Part shown: positions 10,532-21,902 of the stretch, piece after piece
Layout of the letters: every line of letters begins with the position of its first letter
Position numbering within the stretch: the stretch's first letter is position 1
Assembly (NCBI GenBank): GCA_003568945.1
Contig: BDIP01000091.1
Coordinates: 1 to 32,094, forward strand
Reading direction: 5' to 3'
Source: Kipferlia bialata
Lineage: Eukaryota
DNA length: 32,094 bases
Program-made: the position numbers and the translations under genes
Notes under the pieces: generated by a model
Told to the model about the DNA's origin: nothing
Database searches by the model: none
Seen by the model: only the letters and a program-made list of their open reading frames with translations

Positions 10532-12959
10532 ATGGTGACCTTATATCAGGAGAGAGAGCAGTTCAACGAAGACAGACGGAGAGAGAGGAGAGCGAGGCAG
10601 AGAAGAGAGAGAGACGCCATCGAGAGAGAGTCAGTCGCTGATAGGATTGAGCGCAACCGTCGTCTCTTGGAGCAAGAAAGATTGATGCGGAGACAGTGTA
10701 GAGGGGCTTCAAACCCTTGGGCCTCTTCCATGAGCACTTATCCTATCGGCGCCCTGGAATCACGAGTGATGGGTGCCGTATACGCCTCATCCCACTACAA
10801 CATCGACACATCACGTTCTGTTGATACCATCCCCCTCACCAGCCCTCCCCCTCAGAGTTTTACTAGCACTGCAGAGTGTGAGAGTGTGTATCCTCATACG
10901 TACACGGCAGATGAGACCAGTGGTGGCTGCTCTCTATGGCAGTACCATCTGATGCACCTCTATTACCAGGAAAGAGAGGAGAATGGGGGGAGTGCCACAC
11001 CATCTGAGGTCTATGAGCACATCGGTGTAAACCCAGGCACTCAGGTACAGTTACGCCTCTATTGGATCATTCGTCAGTATATATACTGTTGTGTTTGTTC
11101 CTATAGTAGGTAGTGCTGTATTTATATGACGTCAGGATCCTCCTTTTGATGCCAAAATGGGCCCTGCATGTGGTCCAGGCACTGACCCAAAGATACACCG
11201 TCGCTCGGGCATGTGGATGTCTGAGGCAGATCCCTACGAGGACTATCTCTCTACAGACTACGCCCTGGTACCCAAGCGGAAAACAAGGTTGGTTGCAGCG
11301 CATTAATCCAAGTATCCGAATGCTGTATGATTACATCTGTGCAGTACCCTATGGCACTTACGTATACCATACTGACAGACACTCTCTATAGAATGCTTCT
11401 CACACCAGGTTGAGAAGAGGGAGAGGACAGAGAAAGAGATCCACACAACAGTGGGAGGGATTCACCCCTTCCACTACCGTAAAGGTTGGTATCTATATGG
11501 CACGTACAACCGGCACCGTGCTACTTGAATCTGACCAGTCGATGTATGATCTGTCACATATCTCTTGCCTACCACTGCCTACACTTGATATGACACCAGG
11601 TGCCCAAGGTGCTTCTGCCCACCCTAGTGGGAAGAGGGGGAAGGGCCATACAGCACATGGACCACAAGGCCATGAACTGTACAGTGCAGGTGAGGGGTGG
11701 TGGCGCACGACGCCCATTATTCCTCTAAGAGCATGTACTACAGTGCCCGACTAGAGTCTTTAGCTACCACACTATGTTGCAGTAGTACTCTTACCACCAG
11801 ATAACGGAGACTCTGAATGGCCATGGCACCGCAACTAGTAACTCTACCAGTGCCACACTTTCCATATCGGGTATGTATAAAGTCATAACACTTAGTGTTG
11901 AAGACTCACTTGTTGTCATATCTGACAGATAACACAGGACCTTCCCTGGTCAACGGCCTTAATGTAGTGGCACAGAAGCTGGAGTGGATAGTGGTGAGTA
12001 CCCCTGGTGTCTCAGTCATCCTTGTCACAAGTACTGAACGTGTCACACTTCATGCACTGTCTAGTCAGCATTCGAGATACTTGCCGCTATGCCGTCATTC
12101 TTCTGTAAGACCATTGGTATTGCTGACAGATAGAAGTCAGACTACTATGCTACCAAGAGGGCAGAGCAGGCGGCTGCCCGTGTCATGTTGGATGCACTAC
12201 AAAGCAAAAGAGACGAAGTGGAGGTGAGGGTTTGGGGTATACATGCCGTAGTATCGTATACACAATTTCACTTCAGTCCAAGCAAGCCCAGTTTGCACCC
12301 AACTGGTCGGCAATGCAGCAGGTTGGTGCACCATTCAGAGACCTATGCACATATCATACTCGTCACATGCGATAGACGTACGAGTTGTGAGGCTTACCCC
12401 CAGCGCACTACAGCAACCCTGATACCGACTCTCCAGAGACGCTATATGAGGAGGTGTCACAAAGACATCGAGGTAAGTGCATGATACAATCTGGTGTGAA
12501 GGGCCTTTGAGTAAACTCTGGTCGCTGTGTCAAGCATGCAGGAACACCATAGACTCCATTCCATATCTCTTTCATTAACCCAACCCCCAGGTCTACCGTG
12601 CTGTGACCCTGGGTTTCCTAAGGGACTCCCTACATAATGTGGGAGTTACAACACACTGGTAAGTGGCGGTTATCACCACTTTCTTATCAACTGAGAGGAG
12701 ACACTAAAAGCTTGTCCGTTCACGGCGACACACGTACATGAGAAATCAAGTATCGAGAAGTTGTATAGTATGCATACTAATTTTAAAGAAAATCATATAC
12801 ATACATATATTCTACCATGCTGACCCCAGTGAGGAGAGAGCCAGGGAGAGGGATTGCATGCACCACCTCAAGCAGTTACAGAGGTCAAGTGCCAAGGACA
12901 TACTGAGGTGGAGAGCAGATTATTGCATCACATATATATTGAGAATACCTCCCAGATAA
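10532..12959 (+). CDS. Multi-exon protein with an Arg/Glu-rich N-terminal helix and a KH-type RNA-binding domain
   Basis: Exon 1 is 10532-11044. Later exons give DPPFDAKMG..., ...TPSTTVK|VPKVLLPTLVGRGGRAIQHMDHKAMNCTVQ (11600-11689)|ITETL...ATLSIS|GPSLVNGLNVVAQKL. This has the KH GxxG loop in the expected beta-alpha-alpha-beta-beta-alpha order. The 3' exons and the stop are approximate. Confidence 0.65.
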
Positions 12960-13034
12960 TCTCCAGAAGAGGCCCATTAATTCTAAATCACCTTTACATG
13001 CTATAAGGTGCCCCTCTTTCCTCACCCCCCAGAC

Positions 13035-13415
13035 TCAACGGTGTCTTTGTTCCCGTCTGGGTTCCATCGGATCAGTGGGAGGAGGACGGCATTTACAAGG
13101 TATCCGTGTCTTATAACACCAATGGCAGACTTCAGCGTTGATTGCTCTTGTAGTGTATGCATACTCTGACCCACAATCCCCTGACACAAGATATTGTTCT
13201 CTGAGTTCACAGCGGTCTTTGGCGCCAACAGGGAGAAGGCACAGTACATGCAGTCCCTCGTCACCATCTATCCAAACAATATGTCCTACAAGGAGTACTG
13301 TGCCAGGCGTGCAGCGCGCAAGAGAGAGAAGGCTGAGAAGACAGACAGATAGGAGTGTCTGGTACCCTTGAGACTTAGTTCTGCTCTCTCTAACGCGACA
13401 CATTTCAGTGCCCAT
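13035..13415 (-). CDS. Possible small hypothetical protein (126 aa, Cys-rich tail)
   Basis: ATG-initiated ORF with exon-like composition filling the space between two genes; contains CHWC...CKC. No homology recognised. Confidence 0.35.
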   Translation of the reverse strand: MGTEMCRVRESRTKSQGYQTLLSVCLLSLLSLARCTPGTVLLVGHIVWIDGDEGLHVLCLLPVGAKDRCELREQYLVSGDCGSEYAYTTRAINAEVCHWCYKTRIPCKCRPPPTDPMEPRREQRHR

Positions 13416-13579
13416 TCCCGAAACACCTATCTCGATATATTGTTCAACATACAGTTGTTGATAGATCTATTGAAACGACAAGCGAAGTACTAGGGGGTAG
13501 AAATCACCAATGTCTTTGCAATCATAGAGTACATAATGCCTCTGTCTCAGTTACTGACAGACAACAAAGAGGCTAGAGG

Positions 13580-16500
13580 TCACTCCCTGAATATCACCAT
13601 CTGCTCTGGCTCCAGTCCAGATAAGAGGTGCACCAGGTAGGGGTTGAGTTCCTCATACACCAGTAGGTATCTGGGATTGAGTCTCCTCTTGGCCTGTCTC
13701 AGCACATCCCTCCAGGAGCCCCTTACTATCTCCCCAAAGGGACACTGCTCCATCACTGCAGGGGAGCAGAACGCCTTGACGATTGGCTTCTCTCTGCCAC
13801 TGGTCTCGTACCGCCAGTCCCTGCCACTCTTGTCCTCACTCTTGACATCCTCCTCAAAGAGACTCTTGAGGGCAGCGATGGCGTCACTGATGGTCTTGCA
13901 GTAGAGAGACATGCCCCTCTGTAGCAGTAGTGGTGCCCCCTTCCGTGCATGCACCAGTGCTGCCAGAAGAGGCACCAGCAGGGTGGGGTGGGACTTGACC
14001 ATGGAGGCTGTGTCCTCGTTCTCCAGTGCCTGCATCAGCATCACGGGATGCCACACCACGCCATCCCGGTGACTAAGGCTGGGGTAGCGGGGGATGGTCC
14101 TCTCCTTACCAACTGGGTCGGTCTGACTAGCCGTCTCGTTGTGTGTGAGGACCTCCTTCACCTCCTGCTTGTATGCCTGATAGACCGCCTTGTCCTCATC
14201 AGTGTAGCCTCTGTGCCGCACCATCTCTATCTCGTCTCTCATGTCCGACAGAAGTGCACTCCCCAACGCATCCTCTATGCTGACTAGCAGAATGTGACCG
14301 TCGCAGGCAGCTGGCTTTATATCCAGTGACAGCCGTGAGGGGTTGCGACGGCGCTGGCTCTGGATCAGAGAACAGACCATACCCAGACTGGTGCTGATGG
14401 GGAGAGTGCGGAGCAGGGTGAGATACATGTAGGGTTCCGCCTCCAGGATGCTGCGTGGGAATGTGAACATGCGGCTGAGGGTAGGCACTACCATGCGGTA
14501 TATCGCCGCATTGCCTAGGGGCACTGCCGTACACCCAACATCCCCCTCTACCACTGAGGCACAGTCGATAGTGCCGGTGTGAAGATAGCCAGGGTTCTCT
14601 CTGTTCAGCCGCTCCAACTCTTCCACCACCCTCTCCTTGGCCAGCTGCAGTCTCTTGCTCGTGTCCATCTTGGAAAACTTACTCTGGAGAGCATTGCAGC
14701 ACCCGAGTGTCATATCGAAGGAGAGCACCTCATTAATCGGTGCCCTTAGGGGAAGGACTGCATCGAATGACTGAGGGCTAGGCATAGTGATGGGTGACGT
14801 AGGGTAGGCACACATCTGCGCAGGGTGTCTAATTACTGGGCCAGGCTGTCCCTCCCCGGGTCCCTCTCTGCTGACGGCCTGCCCAGGCTTGGCACTCAGT
14901 CTACACCTATCCACCTTCCGAACAAATGGTCCCCCATTGAAACGGGAGACGTGCGTGAGGGTACCGAGGCTCTCGTGGTGCCTAGCCAGGAAGTGCCAAA
15001 AGTCGTGCTGGGCAGCTGTAGTGGTAGGGGCTACTACTAGCAGAGTGCTGTCGGCACGCCCTCCAGTCGTGACTACCCCACACGGAGGGTCCTTGTCCCC
15101 AGACTCGAACACTGGGGCGGCCATGTCGGTATGGGTGGCGGCATAGAAGTGGGAGAGGAAGTGACCGGGGGTCATGTCCTCAGCTAGGCTGTGGCGAGAG
15201 GTGTTGAGGCTCGGTATGAGAGGTGCCCTTGTGGCAATGGGTAAGTTGCGGCCTGTCCCGTTCACCATGAGCATCGCCAGTCCATGTCTGTACTCACCCA
15301 GCCAGGGTGCTATCTCTCTCTTGTTCAGGGCCTTCTTACCAATGTCGTGTGTGTGCAGAGGGCGGACCCAGGATATACCCTTATAGAGCTCGGAGTCAAA
15401 GAGATCAACAGGCAGTTGGCACCTCTGCATGAATGATGTGACGTCCAGATAGGTCCTGCGTGACACCGTGTTGTCTAGGAGCAGAAGAGACGAGTGCCTC
15501 TTGAGGTAGGTGGGTGCTATACTTATGAGGCTGCCGTAGGTCTGTACGCACTTGTTGTGGTAGTACAGCCTACACTGCAGGGGGACGTCCATGTAGGGCT
15601 CAACTTCTGTGTCCACTGCACAGGTCAGGTGGAGGGTCTCTGAGGACAGGGCACCGACGGTGGGTATGTACACCCTGTACCCATGGGCTAGACCCACTCG
15701 GGATGCCTGGGACTCCACGACAGTCGTAGTACCCTTGGATGGTGACACCGCAGGCCTAGTAGCTTCTCCAGGCACTAGAGTGGTGAAGACTGTCTTGGGT
15801 CGTTCTCCCTTCTTTGGGGCTGGTACCCGTACCTGTATCACCTTGACATTGTCACCTGTCACTGTGACATTCCAAGGTAGGACGATGTCGAGGTAGTTAG
15901 ACAGGGGTCCCTCCGTCCTGGTTGGTATCACAACATGAGATGAGTTCTGCATGGTAAGGTGGAGACCGAACAGGGTCCCAGGGCCAGTCTTGCACTCGGT
16001 ATGGTCCATGGCAGCTAGACACAGGGGCCACGTGGAGATATAGTTGACATCAAGCCGGGATCGCTGTATCTCTCTACCTAGCACCGCACAGAGTAGCGAT
16101 GTCGTGTACTTCTGAAGATACAGTGTGTCTCTGCTGTTGTGCTTGGACCGACGAGTGGAGGGTGTCAGCTGGTAGTGTGGGTGGGAGAGAGTCAGAGGGA
16201 CATCTGGGGCGTATCTCGTCTTGATACTCAGTTTGCAGAGGGAGGATTTCGCCGCCAGCATCGCATAGGTAGTCTCCTTGCCCACTCGGTTAATGAGAGC
16301 ACCCTTCTGCGGCGGTAAGCAGGGTATAGCGTACCCACCACCGCGTACGTACCCGGTCTCCTCACAGGCACCGGCTACCCCACCACGTGCTATTGTGTCG
16401 AGGTAGAGCACGCAGCTTCTCTTTGGTGTTGGTAGGCCCCCGCAGTTCTTGACAGAGATGTTGGCGAAGAATGCAGTGCTACCTGGCTCCAGAACCCCGT

Positions 16501-19441
16501 CCTCCTCAGAGTCCAGGAGGGATGCCTCTAGCACCGCAGGGTGGTACATGGTGTTGCTGATGTACAGGGCAGATGTCTTGGTAGGGTCGTCAGGCAGCAG
16601 CCGGAAGCCTATCCTGCCCGTGGGACCGGCCTGCCCTCTATCCCCCTTGGCCCCACTAAAACCAGGACTGCCAGAAGGGCCCTGCCTGCCGCTGTCAGCG
16701 TCCCGAGAGCTGATGTTAGCAGTAGTGTCAGGGGTGCACTTACACATAACACCTAAGATAACTAACCAATGTAGATTTGTGGCCACTACTGTAGTCAGAA
16801 TTATACCTCCAGCCGTTGGTGCCGCTGACATATCGTGAGACTCTCTCGCGTTTGCCGTTATCGTCGTAAACAGTGTCCCATTCTGTGTAGCTGATGCCCT
16901 TGCCCCCCTTTGCTCTGCCGTGGGTGTGTCTATATAGACGGCATGTATGAGTACAAAGCAAAGAGGTAGACCCTAATTTGGTGAGGACAGACTAGTATGC
17001 CACAGGTCGAAATGTCAGACACAGACGGTGAACACACATAACAGAGGTAGTATACTACTGAGTAATATACTACTAAGTATAAGTATACTACTTAGTAATA
17101 TACTACTTAGTATATGTATACTACTTAGTGAACGTACCCTTTGCCCCCACTGCCACCGGGACCCCCTGGTCCTCCCTGGAGTCAGTCAAATGTATATGTA
17201 GATAGACACATATGTGTAGCTGGCTGTCGGTAGGATTCCCTTTTGGCCATGTATCCACACTGCCGTCTGACAGACACCCACCATGTATGTACACACTGTC
17301 ATGCAGCTATCCACTCACCCTGCCCCCCTGCCCCCCTGCCCCTCCTATGCCGCCTAGGCCCCCTGCCGCATTGAGGGCACAGGTGGCCAGAAGGTGGCTG
17401 TCACACTCCCTGACCTCCACTATGATGGCACCACCTGGGTGAGGTCTATGCATATACATGGGTGAGGTCTATGCATATAGCTGGGTAGGATCAGAGAGAG
17501 AGAACCATTGTCTGATACCTCTGATATTACCGCCCGTCAATTTGAAAAATACTCCCAGGCGTATTGTGCACCAACTGTGTGTGGTATATGTGTGGGACTA
17601 CATAGCATTGAAGGTCAAACCAGAGTGTAGAAGGTACACTAGTGTTACGTTTCCCCTGGTACCTGACCCCCCTGTTCCGCCTGTACCTCCGACCCCGCCT
17701 GTACCCCCATCGCCTCCTCTGCCACCTAGAGTCAGTACTGAGTACGGCATATGTATACATACAGAGACGTCTGTATGGACTATACAGGGTATAGTGCTTA
17801 GTCATGGGATGGCCGTACCGTCTCCACCCCTTGTTGGCGAGGTGGCGTCCTCGCCGTCAGGACTGGGTGTTAGTGGGGTTCTGGACAGCGTGACATGTAG
17901 TGGTGCATCCATAAGTAAATATCTGACAAGCTGGCCTCTAATGTCCAAGATATAGAGTCAACTCCTATCGCAATGAGCCATGTTAGGGTAGTATATCACT
18001 GGACAATAGGTTTACCTGCCCCTATACCCGTTACTGCCGCGTACACCGTCTCTTCCATCACTGCCGCGTTCGCCTTGCTGTTAGAGGGAAGTATAAGTAC
18101 CCACACATATATGATACATATAGATATATATATATTCATATATTTATACATTCGTTAGAGAGGGGCATATATATATATATATATGGATGCTATATACTTC
18201 TTTGCTCTCAATTGCTCTTCAAACATATATGTATATTTGTGTATATATATGTATATGTATGTGTATATGTATGTATATATTGGAACTCCCCTTATATACA
18301 GTCAGTCTATGAGAGCGTGATGAGTGATATCCACTGATAGGTCCCATTATACTCTAGAATATTACCATACCTCTAGCTCCATCCCCACCAGCGCCACCTC
18401 TTCCTCCTGTACCTGGGTTGAGTGTTATGCTTGTGCACACTGATGGGTTTACTGATGGGTAGCATTCATTGATATATAGTGCGCATGGTATATCAGTGTA
18501 CACCCCCCCCCCATCTCCATACCTCCCTGCCCGCCATGTACATCGAGTAACATGCGCTGAGTGCCCTGTTTAGCCAGTCCCTCCAGAACCATGTTGTGTG
18601 TGCCCTGTATGGTGACATCCCCCTTCTCAGTACCAGACACCAACACCCTGATGGTCCCACCTGCTGTACCGGTGCCCCCCTCCCACCCCTTCGCCCCCTC
18701 CTTGTGTCAGTAGCCAACACAGAGGGTATATACAGGTAGAGTATATAGTGTAGAGTATTAAGTACAGAACACCCAGTACTCCAGTAAGTTAGGAGTTTAC
18801 ATAGTTGAGCGTCTGACCTTAGGCAACTACCTTAGGTCAAGACAGAGCATATAGAGTGTAGACTGACCAGACCATTGAGTATGTAGTATACAGAATATGG
18901 AGCGTATAGACTAGAGACTCTCTACTTCAGAGTGTCAGCATAGAGCATATGGAGTTAACTGAGTATAGTGTAAAGGAGTACTGTATAGTGTGGGTTCTGT
19001 ATACAAAGGCAATAGGCTGTTGCCACCTAGCACAATAAATAGACCACACATACCAGTGACCACTCACGATATCCGTCAGAGCGACCATTGGATCCAACGC
19101 TGCCAGTGGAGCCTATGGTTAGTGACAGCCACATAGTGTGGACAGAAGACACACTATGTCACATACTCATCGCAGGCTGCATACAGAGAACACCAATACA
19201 TATCAGAGAGTGTATATATGCATATACCTGCATCAGCGCATACATACTGTATGCTCTTGTGCTTGGCTAGGAAGGACGCCTCCTCTGCATAGAGAGAGGC
19301 AGTGGAGGCCTGGACACCCTTCTTGGTGAGGGATAGGATGTCTGTCAGCTCAGTGCGTGCTGCACTGGCTACAGGTATCACAGTGGCAGGGCCAGGGGAT
19401 TGGGTAGGGGCGCTACCCTTTGCAGTGGGTGGGCCTCCCAT
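13580..19441 (-). CDS. Large protein with Gly-rich/collagen-like N-terminal repeats and an uncharacterised ~1040 aa C-terminal region
   Basis: Probable ATG at 19441 (MGGPPTAKG). Small exons encode GSTGSVGSNGRSDG, GTAGGTIRVLVSG, GTGGRGGAGGDG, QGERGSDGRDGVRGSNG, GGAIIVEVRECDSHLLATCALNAAGGLGG, GGPGGPGGSGGKG and GGKGISYTEWDT. The final exon 16709-13580 (acceptor ctaacatcag) holds GRQGPSGSPGFSGAKGDRGQAGPTG and DSEEDGVLEPGS...VKNCGGLPTP. Some upstream junction phases are unresolved. Confidence 0.8.
17050..17129. repeat. Intronic AT-rich minisatellite (tatactactNagt, ~5 units)
   Basis: Directly visible tandem units. Confidence 0.8.
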
Positions 19442-20562
19442 GTCTGGGCCAATGGTGTATGGCCAGTGGCCTACTCTAAGGTCCTGCAAGAGCAACTAGT
19501 GGTTCCTGGGATGAGACAGATGGTGGATTTTGTCCATATTAACATTTATGGAGTGGCTGAATAAGGGATAGGGATACTCTCTTACCACAGGAGGGCTTAG
19601 AGTGAGATGACACATTGATACTCATTGTTTAGAAACACTATCATATACAACACACATTGGACAGCAGGTAACTAATGTCCAAACCGTTGGAACTACTACG
19701 ATGAGGGACTATAGGGAGAGAGAGAGATAATCACACTCATAGGGAGTCCATACAACAATTATTGTGTGAATTATCAATGCGTGTAGAAGAGACAGATCCG
19801 AGATATGGGGTGTCTGTAACAGTATAGCACCAGCCCAGTATTAAGAACGAAACAGAAAGCCACATAGTGACAACCTGTCAACAGGGGGCCCCTAAGAGTA
19901 GAAGGGGTGGAGGGGAGGGTCGAATATATACACTCCTACACGCATTCAAATACTGATTCTATATGCTGAACTAAAAGTGTCAAAACACTATTGTACGTAG
20001 AATACATAGCCTTTCCCACACCATAATTGTATATACCAGTCCTATTTACATGAATAATGACAGGAAGCTGCGTTCAAAAGCAATACTTCATATTACAATT
20101 CCCTTTCTCTCCGGAATACCCTATACACACAAGCGTATTCGGGTCTCACACTACCTATACCCTTACAGTAGAGATACTGTGTTACAGGAGTATTACTAGT
20201 TGATCTGAGGTACCTTATGTGCCTATGCAGTCGTGGGTGAAAGGGATAGTCAGGACTGTCCAAGTTTGTCAGTCAAAAGCAGAGCGTTTCAACCGTACCC
20301 TTGACTCACATTGTTGAGTCACTGCCTTCCTGTCCTCTTTTGACTCTATCAGCCGTGCCATCACTAGCAATACGTGACAGTGGTGACACAGATGGAGTCA
20401 GGTAGTATGGATTCAACTGAGATGCCACGGAGCTCTCTGATACCCTCAAGTGATGGTGGATCATAGATACCCTCTCTGGTCTTGATTGAACCCATGCCAG
20501 ACATACATATGGCCACTAGGGAGAGAGAGAGCTGATGGGGTGTCCATTGCCCTCAGCGCATA

Positions 20563-21438
20563 GGGATGGCGTATCTTCCCAACCCTAGTGGAGAGAGAGG
20601 CCCTGTGCACTGGCTGGAGAAGGCCTAGACATAGAGACACAGAGACCAAAGGGTCAGGCATAGATAGAGTGAGTCATAGGCCCAGGACACATACCCAGCC
20701 ATGCCTCTGCCCCATACACACCAGGGCCAGTCCAAGCTGGGCAACCAGTTCCAGGTGTGTATGTGTATACCATACAAGTGTTGCATGTATGTGTATCAGT
20801 CTCCTCCTGTCTATACTTCCCCCCCCCCCCCCCCCCCCCCCCCACCCCCCCCCCCCCCCCCACACACCCATGCAATTATGTTTCTCAATTATAAAGGATA
20901 TAGTATATTTTAGTACACTCAATCTCTTGCTCTCTCTATATATCTCTTTCTGTCTGTCTCAACCCCCCCCCCCCCTACTATCCCATACATATCTCATACC
21001 AGGGTACCTGTGAGCATTATGTTCCACCCAACGGACCGTGATTGTCTCGTGGCATGTATCTCCAGTGGAGAAGTGTACTCTGTCAACACATGTACACACG
21101 TGTGGACCCTGGTTCACAAGGCCTCCCACCCGGGTAATGATATACTTCATGGTAACGTCTTCCTGTACATGTCAGTATACAGAAATATGTCTAATCCAGT
21201 GTCTCAAATGATCTCCGGTGTCTATGTTGACGAGAACATCATTCAGTTGTGCCTCATCTCGAATGAGGCATCTCAAACGGTGATCAGTCTTGCCACAGAC
21301 TCGCACACTCCCCTCCAGTGCATAGTGCTCAAGGTTCCTTTCGAGGATGACGGGTTTCTCCCTTGCTTTGGTGGGTCATTTGACCCCACAGACAGGTGAC
21401 TACTGTTTGCTGCGGGTGCTGGAGTCACCCAATCACGA

Positions 21439-21481
<43 letters not shown>

Positions 21482-21660
21482 ACACCGAAGAAGGTTGTGT
21501 GTGTCAGACCCAATAGTGTGTCTGATACGGTTCCTGATTGTATGTGTCGTGGGGGAGGGGGGGGGGGGATGTACCTACTGATTCAGTACTAGAGCCCTTG
21601 GGCTTCCGATTATCTTGGTCAAGTGTCTGTCTACTATCCAATACGGAGCAAAGAAACAGG
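20563..21660 (+). CDS. Fragmentary hypothetical gene, beta-rich (possibly propeller-like)
   Basis: Exon-like blocks with splice sites at ~20563-20668, 20724-20753, 21003-21395 (VPVSIMFHPTDRDCLVACISSGEVYSVN...) and ~21587-21660. Phases, start and stop could not be fully reconciled, and poly-C runs interrupt the introns. Confidence 0.4.
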
Positions 21661-21741
21661 GTAATAAGAAGAGAGGCATTATATGAACTCATATCTTCAT
21701 TAAGTGTCCGTTTTGTCATTGAACCCTTTTTCATTCACCGA

Positions 21742-21766
21742 GAGGTAGATCCACGGGATCTACCTC
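21742..21766. other. Perfect inverted repeat (11-bp stem, 3-nt loop)
   Basis: gaggtagatcc-acg-ggatctacctc. Confidence 0.9.
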
Positions 21767-21902
21767 ATTGTGTGACAACTCGCTTTGTATCTATATCATA
21801 TATTTTGTTTTTCCACACTTCATTATGAGTTGCATCTATTCTGGTGGTCTTCCGCCTACCTATGATGTCTTTCACATGAGTATCACCCCGGGGTCCTTAT
21901 CT

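Noticed and set aside
17436..17479. 23-nt tandem repeat tgggtgaggtctatgcatata at an intron end
   Set aside because: It contains no exon sequence; a simple intronic duplication, not counted as an echo.
18814..18839. Imperfect inverted repeat tgaccttagg...ccttaggtca
   Set aside because: Short, mismatched and intronic; compatible with chance.
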